From: a virus
Lineage: Duplodnaviria > Caudoviricetes
IMG/VR virus record: IMGVR_UViG_3300048861_000086
Span: 1-24,840 of that record
Strand: one strand, 5' to 3'
Length of the DNA: 24,840 nt
This document shows, in pieces, positions 8,386 to 17,266 of this stretch. A model generated the notes under the pieces. The model made no database searches. It was given only the letters and a program-made list of their open reading frames with translations, and had not been told where the DNA came from. Position numbers and translations under genes: made by a program. Within the stretch, counting starts at the first letter, position 1. Every line of letters begins with the position of its first letter.

Positions 8386-8979
8386 CTACTTTTCACGCTC
8401 CGCCGGCGTATTCTGGTCAGTCGACTCTGCACCCTGGGTCGGTCGCATCCTTGTTGACTTGCGTCCACTCCGCAAGACTTTCGAGCCAGCTGCCTGGCCC
8501 ATAACGTACCCTTCGGACCCTTCGTTGGCGACCGCCCACATCCGGTGCGCGAGCTTTTGAATGTCTTCTTCAGAGAACACAGCAGAAAGCGGCATTTCGC
8601 TAGCGGTCTTGACGAAGTACTCCACTGTCTGAGCGTGCAGTCCTTCCTCAATTGCCGGCGTGGATCCGACTATAGGATCGACCGGCGAGACGGGCTCGCT
8701 TGATGGCTGACTATTGACGTACTCCGCCCCTCCGGCGCGCTTCACGCGGTTCAAGAGGGACGAATATTCGTCCGCGGTCATCATCTTGATCACCGCCCTC
8801 TGCACATCAGTGACCCAGCGCTCCTCCCACGGCCGCTCCTCCCACGGAGTGAAGCTGTGCTCGAGCCGCTGAACTATTTCAGCCGTGAGCGACCGACCGT
8901 TTTTGGCGGCAGCCGCAGTCAGGCTGTCCTTGAGATCTTCAGGGAGCCGAATGTTGGTTTGGACGTCTTCTCTAGCCAT
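8386..8979 (-). CDS. Arc/Mnt-family (ribbon-helix-helix) DNA-binding protein with long C-terminal extension
   Basis: MAREDVQTNIRLPEDLKDSLTAAAAKNGRSLTAEIVQRLEHSF; ATG 8979 sits 6 nt after a TACACT -10 (probably leaderless). Confidence 0.85.
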   Translation of the reverse strand: MAREDVQTNIRLPEDLKDSLTAAAAKNGRSLTAEIVQRLEHSFTPWEERPWEERWVTDVQRAVIKMMTADEYSSLLNRVKRAGGAEYVNSQPSSEPVSPVDPIVGSTPAIEEGLHAQTVEYFVKTASEMPLSAVFSEEDIQKLAHRMWAVANEGSEGYVMGQAAGSKVLRSGRKSTRMRPTQGAESTDQNTPAEREK

Positions 8980-8985
8980 TCCGCC

Positions 8986-9046
8986 AGTGTACGTAGCATT
9001 GTGCTTGCTGTCCAACGTAGCACCGTGCTATGGTATCACTGTGCTA
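8986..9046. promoter_or_regulatory. Divergent promoters with three palindromic operators
   Basis: TAGCATTGTGCTT (8994), TAGCACCGTGCTA (9018), TATCACTGTGCTA (9034); minus-strand TGGACA-17-TACACT promoter for the Arc gene. Confidence 0.7.
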
Positions 9047-9404
9047 GTTTCCAGCGAGACACACCCCGAAATTGTCACCACGCTGTCTGAAACATTTGGA
9101 CCCCACCCCATCGACCCGGCATACTGATCTAGCACTTCTGACCGTTCGCACAAGGCCTCGCACATCCGTCGAACAAGGACTTGTGCCTTCGTCGAATGAG
9201 GGCAATCTGACGGCATGCAGCGTCCTCGACCCGTTCCGCGGTTCAGGCGCTTGTAGCTCAAACAACCACAACCGCAGGAGCTTGAAGACGCGATGGTCGA
9301 TCTGACAAGATGTTCTGGAGTACCAAATGGAAACGCCCCGATGGCGGCAACCGTCAGGGCGTAAGAGCAAGTAGTCCCCACCTAGCGAAGAAGGGAAAAC
9401 TTCG

Positions 9405-9806
9405 ATGGAAGGTATCACAGCTGCCGGTGAACGGCAACGGCCCCCTATCGCCGTCGATCCGGCAACCATCACGGCCATGGGTACATGGCCCTACCTGCTG
9501 GACGTCGGTTTCGATCCGGTGGTCGCAGACGAACGGTACTTTGACATTGCTGGGCCCGCCCTACTCGCATCCGCCAGCGCGGCTTTATGCTACCAGCGCG
9601 ACCTGGCCGCCGCATCTCGGTCCGGCCGAGTCCCGACAACGCCAGGCACTGGACTCGTGCAGTACGGATGGCTTTCGGACGATCCGCAGTTCGGGATCCA
9701 GATCGACCCGCGGGTCATAAGCACCGAAGCGCTGGCCACTAGATGGCCGTCGATCATTGAAGCACTGAAAGCACAGCGTCGCGTCACCGCTTCCCCGACG
9801 TGCTAG
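9405..9806 (+). CDS. Hypothetical protein X1 (paralog of 10175-10525)
   Basis: 133 aa, AAGGG RBS; collinear motif similarity to the second copy supports coding status. Confidence 0.7.
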   Translation: MEGITAAGERQRPPIAVDPATITAMGTWPYLLDVGFDPVVADERYFDIAGPALLASASAALCYQRDLAAASRSGRVPTTPGTGLVQYGWLSDDPQFGIQIDPRVISTEALATRWPSIIEALKAQRRVTASPTC

Positions 9807-10026
9807 TCAGGGCGGCCCGCAGCTCATCTCGGATCATCTGGCGGAGCGGTTCGATTTCGGCGTTTTCGTGGGTCGCCAGCGACCGCTCGAGCCTGTCTAG
9901 AATCTCTGAATTCGTGGACCGGCCGTGCTTCGCGGCCAGCGTCTTGAGCTTATCCCGCATGCCAGGTGGCAGACGCAGTGTGAACTGGTCCCACTCTTCA
10001 ACTTTGCTCTTACGAGGTCTTCCCAT
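9784..10026 (-). CDS. Arc-family DNA-binding protein
   Basis: DQFTLRLPPGMRDKLKTLAAKHGRSTNSEILDRLERSL; ATG 10026. Confidence 0.88.
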   Translation of the reverse strand: MGRPRKSKVEEWDQFTLRLPPGMRDKLKTLAAKHGRSTNSEILDRLERSLATHENAEIEPLRQMIRDELRAALTSTSGKR

Positions 10027-10174
10027 GGGCGGGCAGCGTACCCGCACAGTGATGGATTAAATACTCGCAGTCTGATGGTATTTATCTTTGCTTTTCCAAG
10101 GTTTGCCGGCGACGTAACAGTGGTGCAATGAATTGCTCCGACGACGAATCGGAGACGCTGGACGGGAGGACGCA

Positions 10175-10525
10175 ATGCGACAACGGATAAGCAAGTCGAA
10201 GAAATCCATCTCGGCAATGACCCTCTGGCCATTCCTTGTGAATGTGGAATTCCCGCATGCGCAACTTGACACCCCCGCCCGGCTCGAAACGTTATGTTCG
10301 GAGGCGACTGCGGCGCTGAACCGACAACGCGCGCGGCTTACGACCGTGGGCCCTGCTCGCCCCTATCTTCGGGCAGGAGCCGCACTGCAGGTTGATTTGA
10401 TCCGTGGCGACGCATTCGTTCAGCTGGACCCGCATCCTATGCATGCGGACTTGGTCCCCATGCTGTGCTCTGCAATCGCTATGGCGCTGCAGGACTTCCC
10501 GAGTGAGGCTGGGGAATCGGTGTGA
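10175..10525 (+). CDS. Hypothetical protein X2 (paralog of 9405-9806)
   Basis: GGAGG RBS before ATG 10175; ISAMTLWPFLVNVEF motif shared with X1. Confidence 0.72.
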   Translation: MRQRISKSKKSISAMTLWPFLVNVEFPHAQLDTPARLETLCSEATAALNRQRARLTTVGPARPYLRAGAALQVDLIRGDAFVQLDPHPMHADLVPMLCSAIAMALQDFPSEAGESV

Positions 10526-10545
10526 CCGCGAAGGTTACAAAATAA

Positions 10546-10587
10546 ATTAGTCGGACTGTTGATTTATAAATCAGTCCGACTGATAAT
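10546..10587 (+). promoter_or_regulatory. PL promoter with two OL operators
   Basis: TTGATT-17-GATAAT (10559-10587); ATTAGTCGGACTGTT (10546) and perfect palindrome ATCAGTCCGACTGAT (10570), same consensus as OR. Confidence 0.88.
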
Positions 10588-10626
10588 TTCTCCAACGCGC
10601 CCCCCTCTGGCGCCAAGGAGATCCCG

Positions 10627-10941
10627 GTGATCCTCACCCAGCAACAGGCCGCCGCAGTACTCGCCGTGATGAATACCGGCGGCACGGGAAGCATCACGTT
10701 CAAACGCGGCAATAGCCATGAGCTCGTGGTCTTCAGGGACAGCGACACAGTTTTCATCGCTCAGTTCACCGACGGCGGCCGTGACGCCCAAGAAACCTAC
10801 GCATCCTTTTCGCGCTTCGCGCTTGCCTATGGTGAATCGCCCCGCCTCGATCTCGCCCGAGCTGCAGCGCATTACGAACAGGTGGCCGCCGAAGCCAAGA
10901 CGATGGCGCAGCACGTCGCCGACGGCGAAGGTCGCAACTGA
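10627..10941 (+). CDS. Hypothetical protein, first gene of PL operon
   Basis: GTG start with AAGGAG RBS; 104 aa. Confidence 0.8.
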   Translation: MILTQQQAAAVLAVMNTGGTGSITFKRGNSHELVVFRDSDTVFIAQFTDGGRDAQETYASFSRFALAYGESPRLDLARAAAHYEQVAAEAKTMAQHVADGEGRN

Positions 10942-10942
10942 A

Positions 10943-11050
10943 ATGGTCGCCGTCGCCCTCTTCTCCGTCGCCACCGTCTACGCCCTCGCCCGTCTCGGCG
11001 ATCGCGTCATGCGCCTGCACCGCGACATCGATCCGTGGAACCCGCAATGA
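10943..11050 (+). CDS. Small hydrophobic peptide
   Basis: MVAVALFSVATVYALARLGDRVMRLHRDIDPWNPQ; tight packing and ATGA overlap with the next gene. Confidence 0.55.
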   Translation: MVAVALFSVATVYALARLGDRVMRLHRDIDPWNPQ

Positions 11051-11184
11051 AGGCTGCTCTGCGTTTCCTGCGCGTTCACGGCGAAACCATCCTCTACGCC
11101 GCGGCGATTGTCTTCGCCCTGGCCGTCCTCGGCCCGTCGCTGGATCGCTACGACGCCGAGCATTCCAAGACCGCTCAAAGGTAA
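11047..11184 (+). CDS. Small single-TM protein
   Basis: Manual translation MKAALRFLRVHGETILYAAAIVFALAVLGPSLDRYDAEHSKTAQR; below the ORF-track length cutoff. Confidence 0.6.
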   Translation: MKAALRFLRVHGETILYAAAIVFALAVLGPSLDRYDAEHSKTAQR

Positions 11185-11187
11185 GTC

Positions 11188-11562
11188 ATGACCCCTACCG
11201 ACCTCGCTCGAGATTGGCTGGCTGCCAAGGCCGCAGAGACGCAGGCCAGCGCGCTCCGCCAAAGCATCGAGGCCCAGATCATCAACGTCCTTGGCGCCAA
11301 GGAAGAAGGCAGCCAGACCCATGACGTAGAAGGCTTCAAGGTGACGATCACCGGCAAGCTCTCCTACAAAGCTGACGTGCCGCAACTGCTGGCCCTGTGC
11401 CACCAGTTGCCCGAGAACCTGCGCCCGATCAAGACGGAGCCGAAGCTAGACGAAACCGGCGCCAAGTATCTCCGCGCCAATGAGCCCGCCACATGGGCAT
11501 TGATCGCCCCTGCCATCACCATCACCCCGGCGAAAACCGCCCTCTCCATCAAGGAGGCCTGA
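11188..11562 (+). CDS. Conserved phage hypothetical protein of recombination module
   Basis: 124 aa, W..AK..E..A...R..IE coiled-coil N-terminus; immediately precedes the ATPase. Confidence 0.8.
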   Translation: MTPTDLARDWLAAKAAETQASALRQSIEAQIINVLGAKEEGSQTHDVEGFKVTITGKLSYKADVPQLLALCHQLPENLRPIKTEPKLDETGAKYLRANEPATWALIAPAITITPAKTALSIKEA

Positions 11563-12369
11563 ATGGCCATTTCCCTCGCATCGCTTAAGCGCGTCTCCAA
11601 CGACCGGCCACCCATCATCTGCGTCCACGGCGGCCCCGGCATCGGCAAGACGACCTTCGCTGCCACGGCGGAAGATTGCGTTTTCATTCGTACCGAAGAT
11701 GGTTTGGGCAACCTGGAGGCGACCGCCTTCCCCATTGCGACCAGCTTTGCCGACGTCATGGAAGCTATCGGCTCGCTCGCCGCGGAAGAACACAGCTTCC
11801 GCTGGGTGGTGATCGACAGCCTGTCCGCCCTCGAACCGCTGATTTGGGACGCCGTAGCCAAGGACGAAGGCAAGAAGAGCGTCGAGGACCTTGGGTACGG
11901 CAAGGGCTACGTCATGGCCCTGGATCGCTGGCGCGAGATGCTGGATGCCCTCGCCTACCTGGCCGCCGAAAAGAAGGTCGGTTCGATCCTCATCGCGCAC
12001 AGCGACATCGTCCGCCACGAACCACCCGAAATGGCGGCCTACGACCGCACGCAGATCAAGCTGCACAAGCGCGCCTTCCAACTGGTGTACGAGCGCGCCG
12101 ACATCATCGGCTACGCCGCGCCCGAAGTCTTTCTCTCCAAGGACGGCGACCCGAAATCCTTGAAGGGCGCGCGCAACCTCGCCACCGGCAGCGGCCAGCG
12201 TTGGCTGCACCTGGTCGAGAAGCCCGCCTTCATTGCCAAGAACCGGTATCAGATGCCCGAAAAGCTGCCGCTGTCCTGGCCGGATTTCCACGCCGAGTTG
12301 ATGGCGCGCGTTGCGGGCCAGCCCACCTCTCAATCCGAATCCCCCGAACCCGCGGCGCAAGCCGCCTAA
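11563..12369 (+). CDS. AAA_24 / Sak4-like ATPase (single-strand annealing recombinase)
   Basis: HGGPGIGKTTFA Walker A, VVIDSLS Walker B, GYGKGY, ILIAHS, AKNRY motifs. Confidence 0.9.
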   Translation: MAISLASLKRVSNDRPPIICVHGGPGIGKTTFAATAEDCVFIRTEDGLGNLEATAFPIATSFADVMEAIGSLAAEEHSFRWVVIDSLSALEPLIWDAVAKDEGKKSVEDLGYGKGYVMALDRWREMLDALAYLAAEKKVGSILIAHSDIVRHEPPEMAAYDRTQIKLHKRAFQLVYERADIIGYAAPEVFLSKDGDPKSLKGARNLATGSGQRWLHLVEKPAFIAKNRYQMPEKLPLSWPDFHAELMARVAGQPTSQSESPEPAAQAA

Positions 12370-12385
12370 CCGCAAGGAGGCCAGC

Positions 12386-12856
12386 ATGGCCCAGATGAAC
12401 TTCGACGCGACCACGGTCGCCCCTCAACAGTCGTTCTCTCCTATTCCCGCCGGCGTCTATCCGGCGCAGATCGTCGACAGCGACCTGAAACCCCTGAAAT
12501 CCGGCAAGGGCATGGGCCTGTCGCTGACCTTCGAAGTGCTGGACGGCGAATTCAAGGGCCGCAAGGTCTTCGGCAACCTGAACGTGCAGCATGACAACGC
12601 CCAGGCCCAGGAGATTGCCCAGGCACAATTGTCGGCGCTGTGCCACGCCACGGGCGTCATCAAGCTGCAGGACTCCAGCCAGCTGCACAACAAGCCCGTT
12701 CGCATGCGTGTGAAGATTCGCACGCAGGACGGCTACGAGCCGCGCAACGAGGTGACGGGCTTCGAAGCGCTGGCCGGTGCCCCGGCCGCTGTTCCCTGCG
12801 CCGTGATCGCCGCCCAGGCAGCGTCGGCCCGTACCGCTCCCTGGAAGCGGGCGTAA
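12386..12856 (+). CDS. DUF669-type single-stranded DNA-binding protein
   Basis: FSPIPAGVYPAQIVDS...KSGKG..LSLTFEVLDGEFKGRKVF..LN; AAGGAGG RBS; usual partner of Sak4. Confidence 0.85.
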   Translation: MAQMNFDATTVAPQQSFSPIPAGVYPAQIVDSDLKPLKSGKGMGLSLTFEVLDGEFKGRKVFGNLNVQHDNAQAQEIAQAQLSALCHATGVIKLQDSSQLHNKPVRMRVKIRTQDGYEPRNEVTGFEALAGAPAAVPCAVIAAQAASARTAPWKRA

Positions 12857-12858
12857 TC

Positions 12859-13911
12859 ATGGCGGCCATCGAGGATCCTCGCTTTCGCACAGCCCAGGCG
12901 ATCTACGCCTGGTACGAGCGTAATGCCGACGATGGCCATCGGCCGCACTTGGGTGCCAGCTTAATCGGCCACCCTTGTGCGCGCCATCTCTGGCTCACTT
13001 TCCGGTGGGCCTATGGCAAGAAATTCAGCGGCCGGATGCTGCGTCTCTTTAACACCGGTCAGCGCGAAGAGGCGCGGATCGTGGCCGAGCTGCGCGCGAT
13101 CGGCTGCGAAGTCCATGACGCCGAGCCGGACGGCCGGCAGTTCCGCGTCGAAACCTTGGGCGGTCACTTCTCCGGCAGCCTGGACGCCGCCATCAAAGGG
13201 TTACCCGAAGCGCCAGCGACGTGGCACGTAGGCGAGTTCAAGACCCACAACGAGAAGTCCTTCGCGGACCTCAAGAACAACGGCGTGGAGAAATCCAAGC
13301 CGATGCACTACGCCCAGATGATGACCTACATGGGCCTGACCGGCATGGAACGAGCGTTCTATTTCGCCGTGAACAAGGACACGGACGAAATCTACACCGA
13401 ACGGATTGAGTTCTCCCAGGATAAGTTCAAGCTACTGGTGGAGCGCGCTGAGTCGATCATCTACGCTGCTAATCCGCCGGCGCGCATCAGCGAGGATCCA
13501 TCCTGGTTCCAGTGCAAGATGTGCGACCACCGCGAGATATGCCACGGCACGCAGATCGCAGAGCCCAATTGCCGTACATGCGCGCACGTTACGCCGACCC
13601 GCGATGGCAGCTGGCAATGCGAACGCCATTCTCGACCGCTGGACGTGGCCGCGCAGAAGCAGGCCTGCCAGGCGCACCGGTTCATTCCCATCCTGCTGGA
13701 GCGCGTAGGCGAGCAGATCGACGCCAGCCAGGAGGAGAACTGGGTCCGGTACCGCAACAAGAAGACCGGCGCCCAATTCACCAACGGCACACCGCCCGCG
13801 GGATTCAGCAGCCTGGAAATCCAGGCGGCGCAGGATATCGGCGCCCTGGATGACGCCGACGAAACGTTGCACGCATTGCGCGACACATTCGGCGGGAGGG
13901 TTGTCGCGTGA
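12859..13911 (+). CDS. Cas4-like PD-(D/E)XK exonuclease with Cys cluster
   Basis: RPHLGASLIGHPCAR.LW...GSLDA...EFKT...HYAQM..YM...CKMCDHREIC...NCRTC. Confidence 0.88.
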   Translation: MAAIEDPRFRTAQAIYAWYERNADDGHRPHLGASLIGHPCARHLWLTFRWAYGKKFSGRMLRLFNTGQREEARIVAELRAIGCEVHDAEPDGRQFRVETLGGHFSGSLDAAIKGLPEAPATWHVGEFKTHNEKSFADLKNNGVEKSKPMHYAQMMTYMGLTGMERAFYFAVNKDTDEIYTERIEFSQDKFKLLVERAESIIYAANPPARISEDPSWFQCKMCDHREICHGTQIAEPNCRTCAHVTPTRDGSWQCERHSRPLDVAAQKQACQAHRFIPILLERVGEQIDASQEENWVRYRNKKTGAQFTNGTPPAGFSSLEIQAAQDIGALDDADETLHALRDTFGGRVVA

Positions 13912-15575
13912 ACCTGCGCCCCTATCAATCCTCGGCCATCGAAGAACTGCTGGCGTGGTGGGATACACATCCGGGCCTCGATCAAATCCCGATCGCGGTG
14001 CTTCCGACTGGCGCCGGCAAGTCGATCATCATCGCCGATTTGGTCCGCCAGCTCTTCGCCCTGTGGCCTGAATACCACCCGCGCACGCTGGTTATCGTGC
14101 CGTCCAAGGAACTGGCCGAACAGAACGCCGAGAAGCTCGCTACGGTTTTGCCGTCGCACCTGCGTATCGGTTACTACAGCGCCAGCGTGGGAAAGAAGGA
14201 TCCAACCGCGGACGTGATCGTCGCCACCATCGGCTCCGTCGCCAAGCATGCGCACGTTCTGGGCAGTATCTGCTGCGTCTTGGTGGACGAGTGCCACCTG
14301 ATCTCGCCTGATGGCGCCGGGCAGTACCGGTCCTTCCTGAACGACCTAGCGCGCTACTGCCAATTCCGCACGGCTGGCCTGACCGCCACACCCTTCCGCG
14401 GCAATGGCATTTGGCTGACCGATGGCAAGGCACCGCTCTTCACCGGTATCGCCACCGAAGTGCGCCTGCGCCAGCTGCTGGACGAGAGCTATCTGTCGCC
14501 CTTGGTGAGGCCGGTGGACGTTTTGGAACAGATTGACGCCAGCGGCGTGGAGGTGTCGAAAGCCACCGGCGATTACGACCTGCACCAACTGTCGGAAGTG
14601 GTGGACGTCTACATCGACTCCGCTGCGCGCCAGGCGGTTGAGCTGGCACGCGACCGGAAGAAGTGGATTGCCTTTTGTCCAACGGTCGCCAATGCCGGCA
14701 AGCTGTCCAGCGCCTTGAACGCGCTGGGCGTGACGACGAAGATCGTTACGGGCGACACGCCGAAGGCAGAGCGTGAGACTTTGATTGCCCAATTCCGCGC
14801 CGGTAAGGTGCGGTGCCTGGTCACCGTCCTGGCCTTGGCAACCGGCTTTGACGTCCCGGACGTCGATTGCATCCTCTGGCTACGCCCCACCAAATCGCCC
14901 GTGCTGTACGTCCAGGGCGCCGGTCGCGGGATGCGGATAGCGCCGGGCAAGACTGATTGCCTGTGGTTGGACTTCTCCGACACCACGGCACGGCTAGGTC
15001 CGCTGGACGAGATTCGCGGACGCGCCAGGAAGTCCAGCCAGCCCGGCATGGCACCTTTCGCCGTCTGCGACAACTGCGGTGCCCAAGTCCGGCCCGCGAG
15101 TCTGCTCCTATGTCCCGAATGCGGCTTTGTGATGCGCGAGGAAGAAACCCCCTCGGCGCGCAAGGTCAGCGATGCCGCGGTGCTGGCCAGCCAGGTCAAG
15201 CAAAAGATCAATCGGTACGAGATCGAGCGGGTTGAATACGCCAAACACGAGAAAGCCGGCTCGCCGCCATCGCTGCGCGTCGAGTATTGGGCGGGTTTCC
15301 GCTGCGTTGCGCGCGAATGGGTGTGCCTATCGCATACGGGCTACGCCCAAGCCAAGGCCCGTGCCTGGTTCTCTGATCGTTCGCCGGAGGGCTACGGACA
15401 TCTGCCCGGGTCGGTCGATCAGGCCCTGGAGTGGATCGACACCGGCTTCGAGCTGCGTCGGCCGTCGGCCATCGTGGTCAACGAAACCGCGAAGTTTCCG
15501 GAGATCGTTTCGTATGAATGGAATTCAACTGCAGACGCAGAAAGAAGCGTTGAACCAGATGCTCTGGCGGCTTAA
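13908..15575 (+). CDS. SF2 DEAD/DEAH-box helicase (RadD/YejH-like) with Zn finger
   Basis: LRPYQ, LPTGAGKS, VDECH, GLTATPFR, TGFDVPDVD, QGAGRGMR, CDNC..CPEC. Confidence 0.95.
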   Translation: MNLRPYQSSAIEELLAWWDTHPGLDQIPIAVLPTGAGKSIIIADLVRQLFALWPEYHPRTLVIVPSKELAEQNAEKLATVLPSHLRIGYYSASVGKKDPTADVIVATIGSVAKHAHVLGSICCVLVDECHLISPDGAGQYRSFLNDLARYCQFRTAGLTATPFRGNGIWLTDGKAPLFTGIATEVRLRQLLDESYLSPLVRPVDVLEQIDASGVEVSKATGDYDLHQLSEVVDVYIDSAARQAVELARDRKKWIAFCPTVANAGKLSSALNALGVTTKIVTGDTPKAERETLIAQFRAGKVRCLVTVLALATGFDVPDVDCILWLRPTKSPVLYVQGAGRGMRIAPGKTDCLWLDFSDTTARLGPLDEIRGRARKSSQPGMAPFAVCDNCGAQVRPASLLLCPECGFVMREEETPSARKVSDAAVLASQVKQKINRYEIERVEYAKHEKAGSPPSLRVEYWAGFRCVAREWVCLSHTGYAQAKARAWFSDRSPEGYGHLPGSVDQALEWIDTGFELRRPSAIVVNETAKFPEIVSYEWNSTADAERSVEPDALAA

Positions 15576-15708
15576 CGCCATCAAGGTCGCCTGCAAATCG
15601 TGCCAGCACTTCGACGGCACCCGATGCCTGCAATTTGGGGAAGCGCCGCCGCCGGAAGTGATTCAGGCCGGTTGCGACGACTGGGAATTCGATGGTGTGC
15701 CGTTCTAG
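15514..15708 (+). CDS. Small Cys-rich protein
   Basis: MNGIQLQ...CKSCQHF...C...PPPEVIQAGCDDWEFDGVPF; GGAG RBS; overlaps the helicase end. Confidence 0.75.
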   Translation: MNGIQLQTQKEALNQMLWRLNAIKVACKSCQHFDGTRCLQFGEAPPPEVIQAGCDDWEFDGVPF

Positions 15709-15717
15709 GAGAACAGG

Positions 15718-16095
15718 ATGAGCGGATTTTGTGTATTCGGTATGACCGAGGTGCTGGCGAAACGTCTTGCGCGCGATGCCGCGGAGCGGCATCACTTCAG
15801 CCGTGACGAATTGAACGCCATGACTCCCGCGAAATGGGAAGCTTGGATAGCGACAAAGGCTGAAGAAATCCTAGAGCATGGAAACGTGCGTCAGGTGTCG
15901 CCCACCTTCGACGCGCCTCAGTTCGCCAATGAGTGGATCGCGCTGGCAAAGCGCACTGCGCGTGCCAAACGCTGCAGGATCATGGTGCGGGGAAATAAGG
16001 TCGACAGCACCGGCATGGTTGTTCTGAACAAGCGCGGGTTGCCCGTGATGACGTGGGTCGCCTATCAGGCGCCGGCAATTAGGAAGGCGGCATGA
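15718..16095 (+). CDS. Hypothetical phage protein
   Basis: 125 aa, AGGAG RBS, ends RKAA. Confidence 0.8.
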   Translation: MSGFCVFGMTEVLAKRLARDAAERHHFSRDELNAMTPAKWEAWIATKAEEILEHGNVRQVSPTFDAPQFANEWIALAKRTARAKRCRIMVRGNKVDSTGMVVLNKRGLPVMTWVAYQAPAIRKAA

Positions 16096-16297
16096 GAACT
16101 TCACCACAGGCTCAGCGCCTGGAAAAGACTTCAACCGTCGACCTGGTCGCCGACCGACGTCCAGCGTTCTCCCTTCCTGCGCCAGAAGCGAGCCCGGTAC
16201 CTCGCGCGCCGCTATCGAGTTTCCACTGGTGCGGCCGCCAGCGGATGTGGTCGACCAGGGGTGCGACGAGCGGGAGTTTGATGGGGTGCCGTTTTGA
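16094..16297 (+). pseudogene. Decayed second copy of the small Cys-rich gene
   Basis: One frame reads ...RPPADVVDQGCDEREFDGVPF* matching PPPEVIQAGCDDWEFDGVPF* of 15514-15708; out of frame with ATG 16092, and most Cys residues are lost. Confidence 0.65.
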
Positions 16298-16301
16298 GCG
16301 G

Positions 16302-16916
16302 TCAAGCCCGACTACTGGTTCTCAACTGCAGCTCGGTGTCGATTTCAGTGGCGGCTTCGTCAAGACGGTCTCGAAGCGTGGCGATCCACTCCCAAATGTT
16401 CTGCTCTTCATGATCCACGTGAGGATTATCGGGCAGATAGGCAAGTCTTTCAGCCTCTTCCACGGCACTCACTGCCTGCTTCGCGCTCTGTGCAGCTTTC
16501 AATATGGCACGGACTATTCGCGGCGGCAGATCGTGCAGCGGGACATCCTTGAGAGCCTTCGCAATTTGTTTGAAATCACGGCGGTCAAAAATGGGAGTGT
16601 CGCCAGTGAAGTAGTCCCATTCATCGAGGTGAAGTGGCTCTCTTATAAGTCTCAGTGCCTCATGGACGAGGACGAGTATGGTCTCGATCCTTTCAGCGTG
16701 ATGGGCCTGCTCTTTCCGCCGATCTTGGCGGATCTGCTCTCGCGATATCCATATAGCGGCACCAATGGCCAAAACCGAACCGATGCCCTGAACCCACGCT
16801 GCCCAAGTTTGGCTATCAGCATCTCTGAGAGCCGGCCAGCCTTGGATTGCGATAGCCGTCGACACCGCGACCACGCCAACAGCCAACGACTCAGGCCAAT
16901 ACGTTTTACCGGACAC
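16302..16916 (-). CDS. Membrane-anchored hypothetical protein (moron)
   Basis: Two N-terminal hydrophobic helices including WAAWVQGIGSVLAIGAAIWIS, then a helical soluble domain; GTG with GGAGAGG RBS; own promoter. Confidence 0.85.
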   Translation of the reverse strand: MSGKTYWPESLAVGVVAVSTAIAIQGWPALRDADSQTWAAWVQGIGSVLAIGAAIWISREQIRQDRRKEQAHHAERIETILVLVHEALRLIREPLHLDEWDYFTGDTPIFDRRDFKQIAKALKDVPLHDLPPRIVRAILKAAQSAKQAVSAVEEAERLAYLPDNPHVDHEEQNIWEWIATLRDRLDEAATEIDTELQLRTSSRA

Positions 16917-16942
16917 CGCTCACCTCTCCGTGGGTCGAACCG

Positions 16943-16977
16943 GCGCCGATCGTACTGCGTTGGCCGGCCGGTGTCAG
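16943..16977 (-). promoter_or_regulatory. Repeated sigma70-type promoter, copy 1
   Basis: CTGACA-17-TACGAT; GCGCCGATCGTACT identical to copy 2. Confidence 0.7.
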
Positions 16978-17021
16978 CTCTCGGTGTGGGTAGTGGAGTT
17001 CATGATGGGCCCATGAAGCAG

Positions 17022-17246
17022 CTATCTCCGCGGCGCGGCCCGGTACCAACTGGCGTCTGGATCCTTGCTATCGCCGTCACGCCCCCACGTCACGCCGCAC
17101 GTTTCGCAGACGTAGAACTGCACCGCCCCTGCCCCGTTGCCGTAAATGCCCCGGACCTTGCGGCTGGCCTGGATTCTCATCCCAGCATGGGGCTCGACCT
17201 TGGAAAGGGCGCCGAGGTACGGCGTACATGCATCGCAGAGCGGCAT
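17022..17246 (-). CDS. Small CxxC...CxxC (Zn-binding) protein
   Basis: MPLCDAC...YVCETCGVTW; own promoter. Confidence 0.75.
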   Translation of the reverse strand: MPLCDACTPYLGALSKVEPHAGMRIQASRKVRGIYGNGAGAVQFYVCETCGVTWGRDGDSKDPDASWYRAAPRR

Positions 17247-17266
17247 AACAGAGTCCCGAGATTTGT

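Noticed and set aside
9028-9478. ORFs 9028-9381 (-), 9044-9478 (-) and 9072-9305 (+)
   Set aside because: No RBS, motifs or protein-like composition, and the two minus-strand ORFs run into the operator region.
12859-13911. Cas4-like nuclease as evidence of a CRISPR-Cas system
   Set aside because: No cas1/cas2 or array; it sits in the standard phage Sak4-SSB-nuclease-helicase module.
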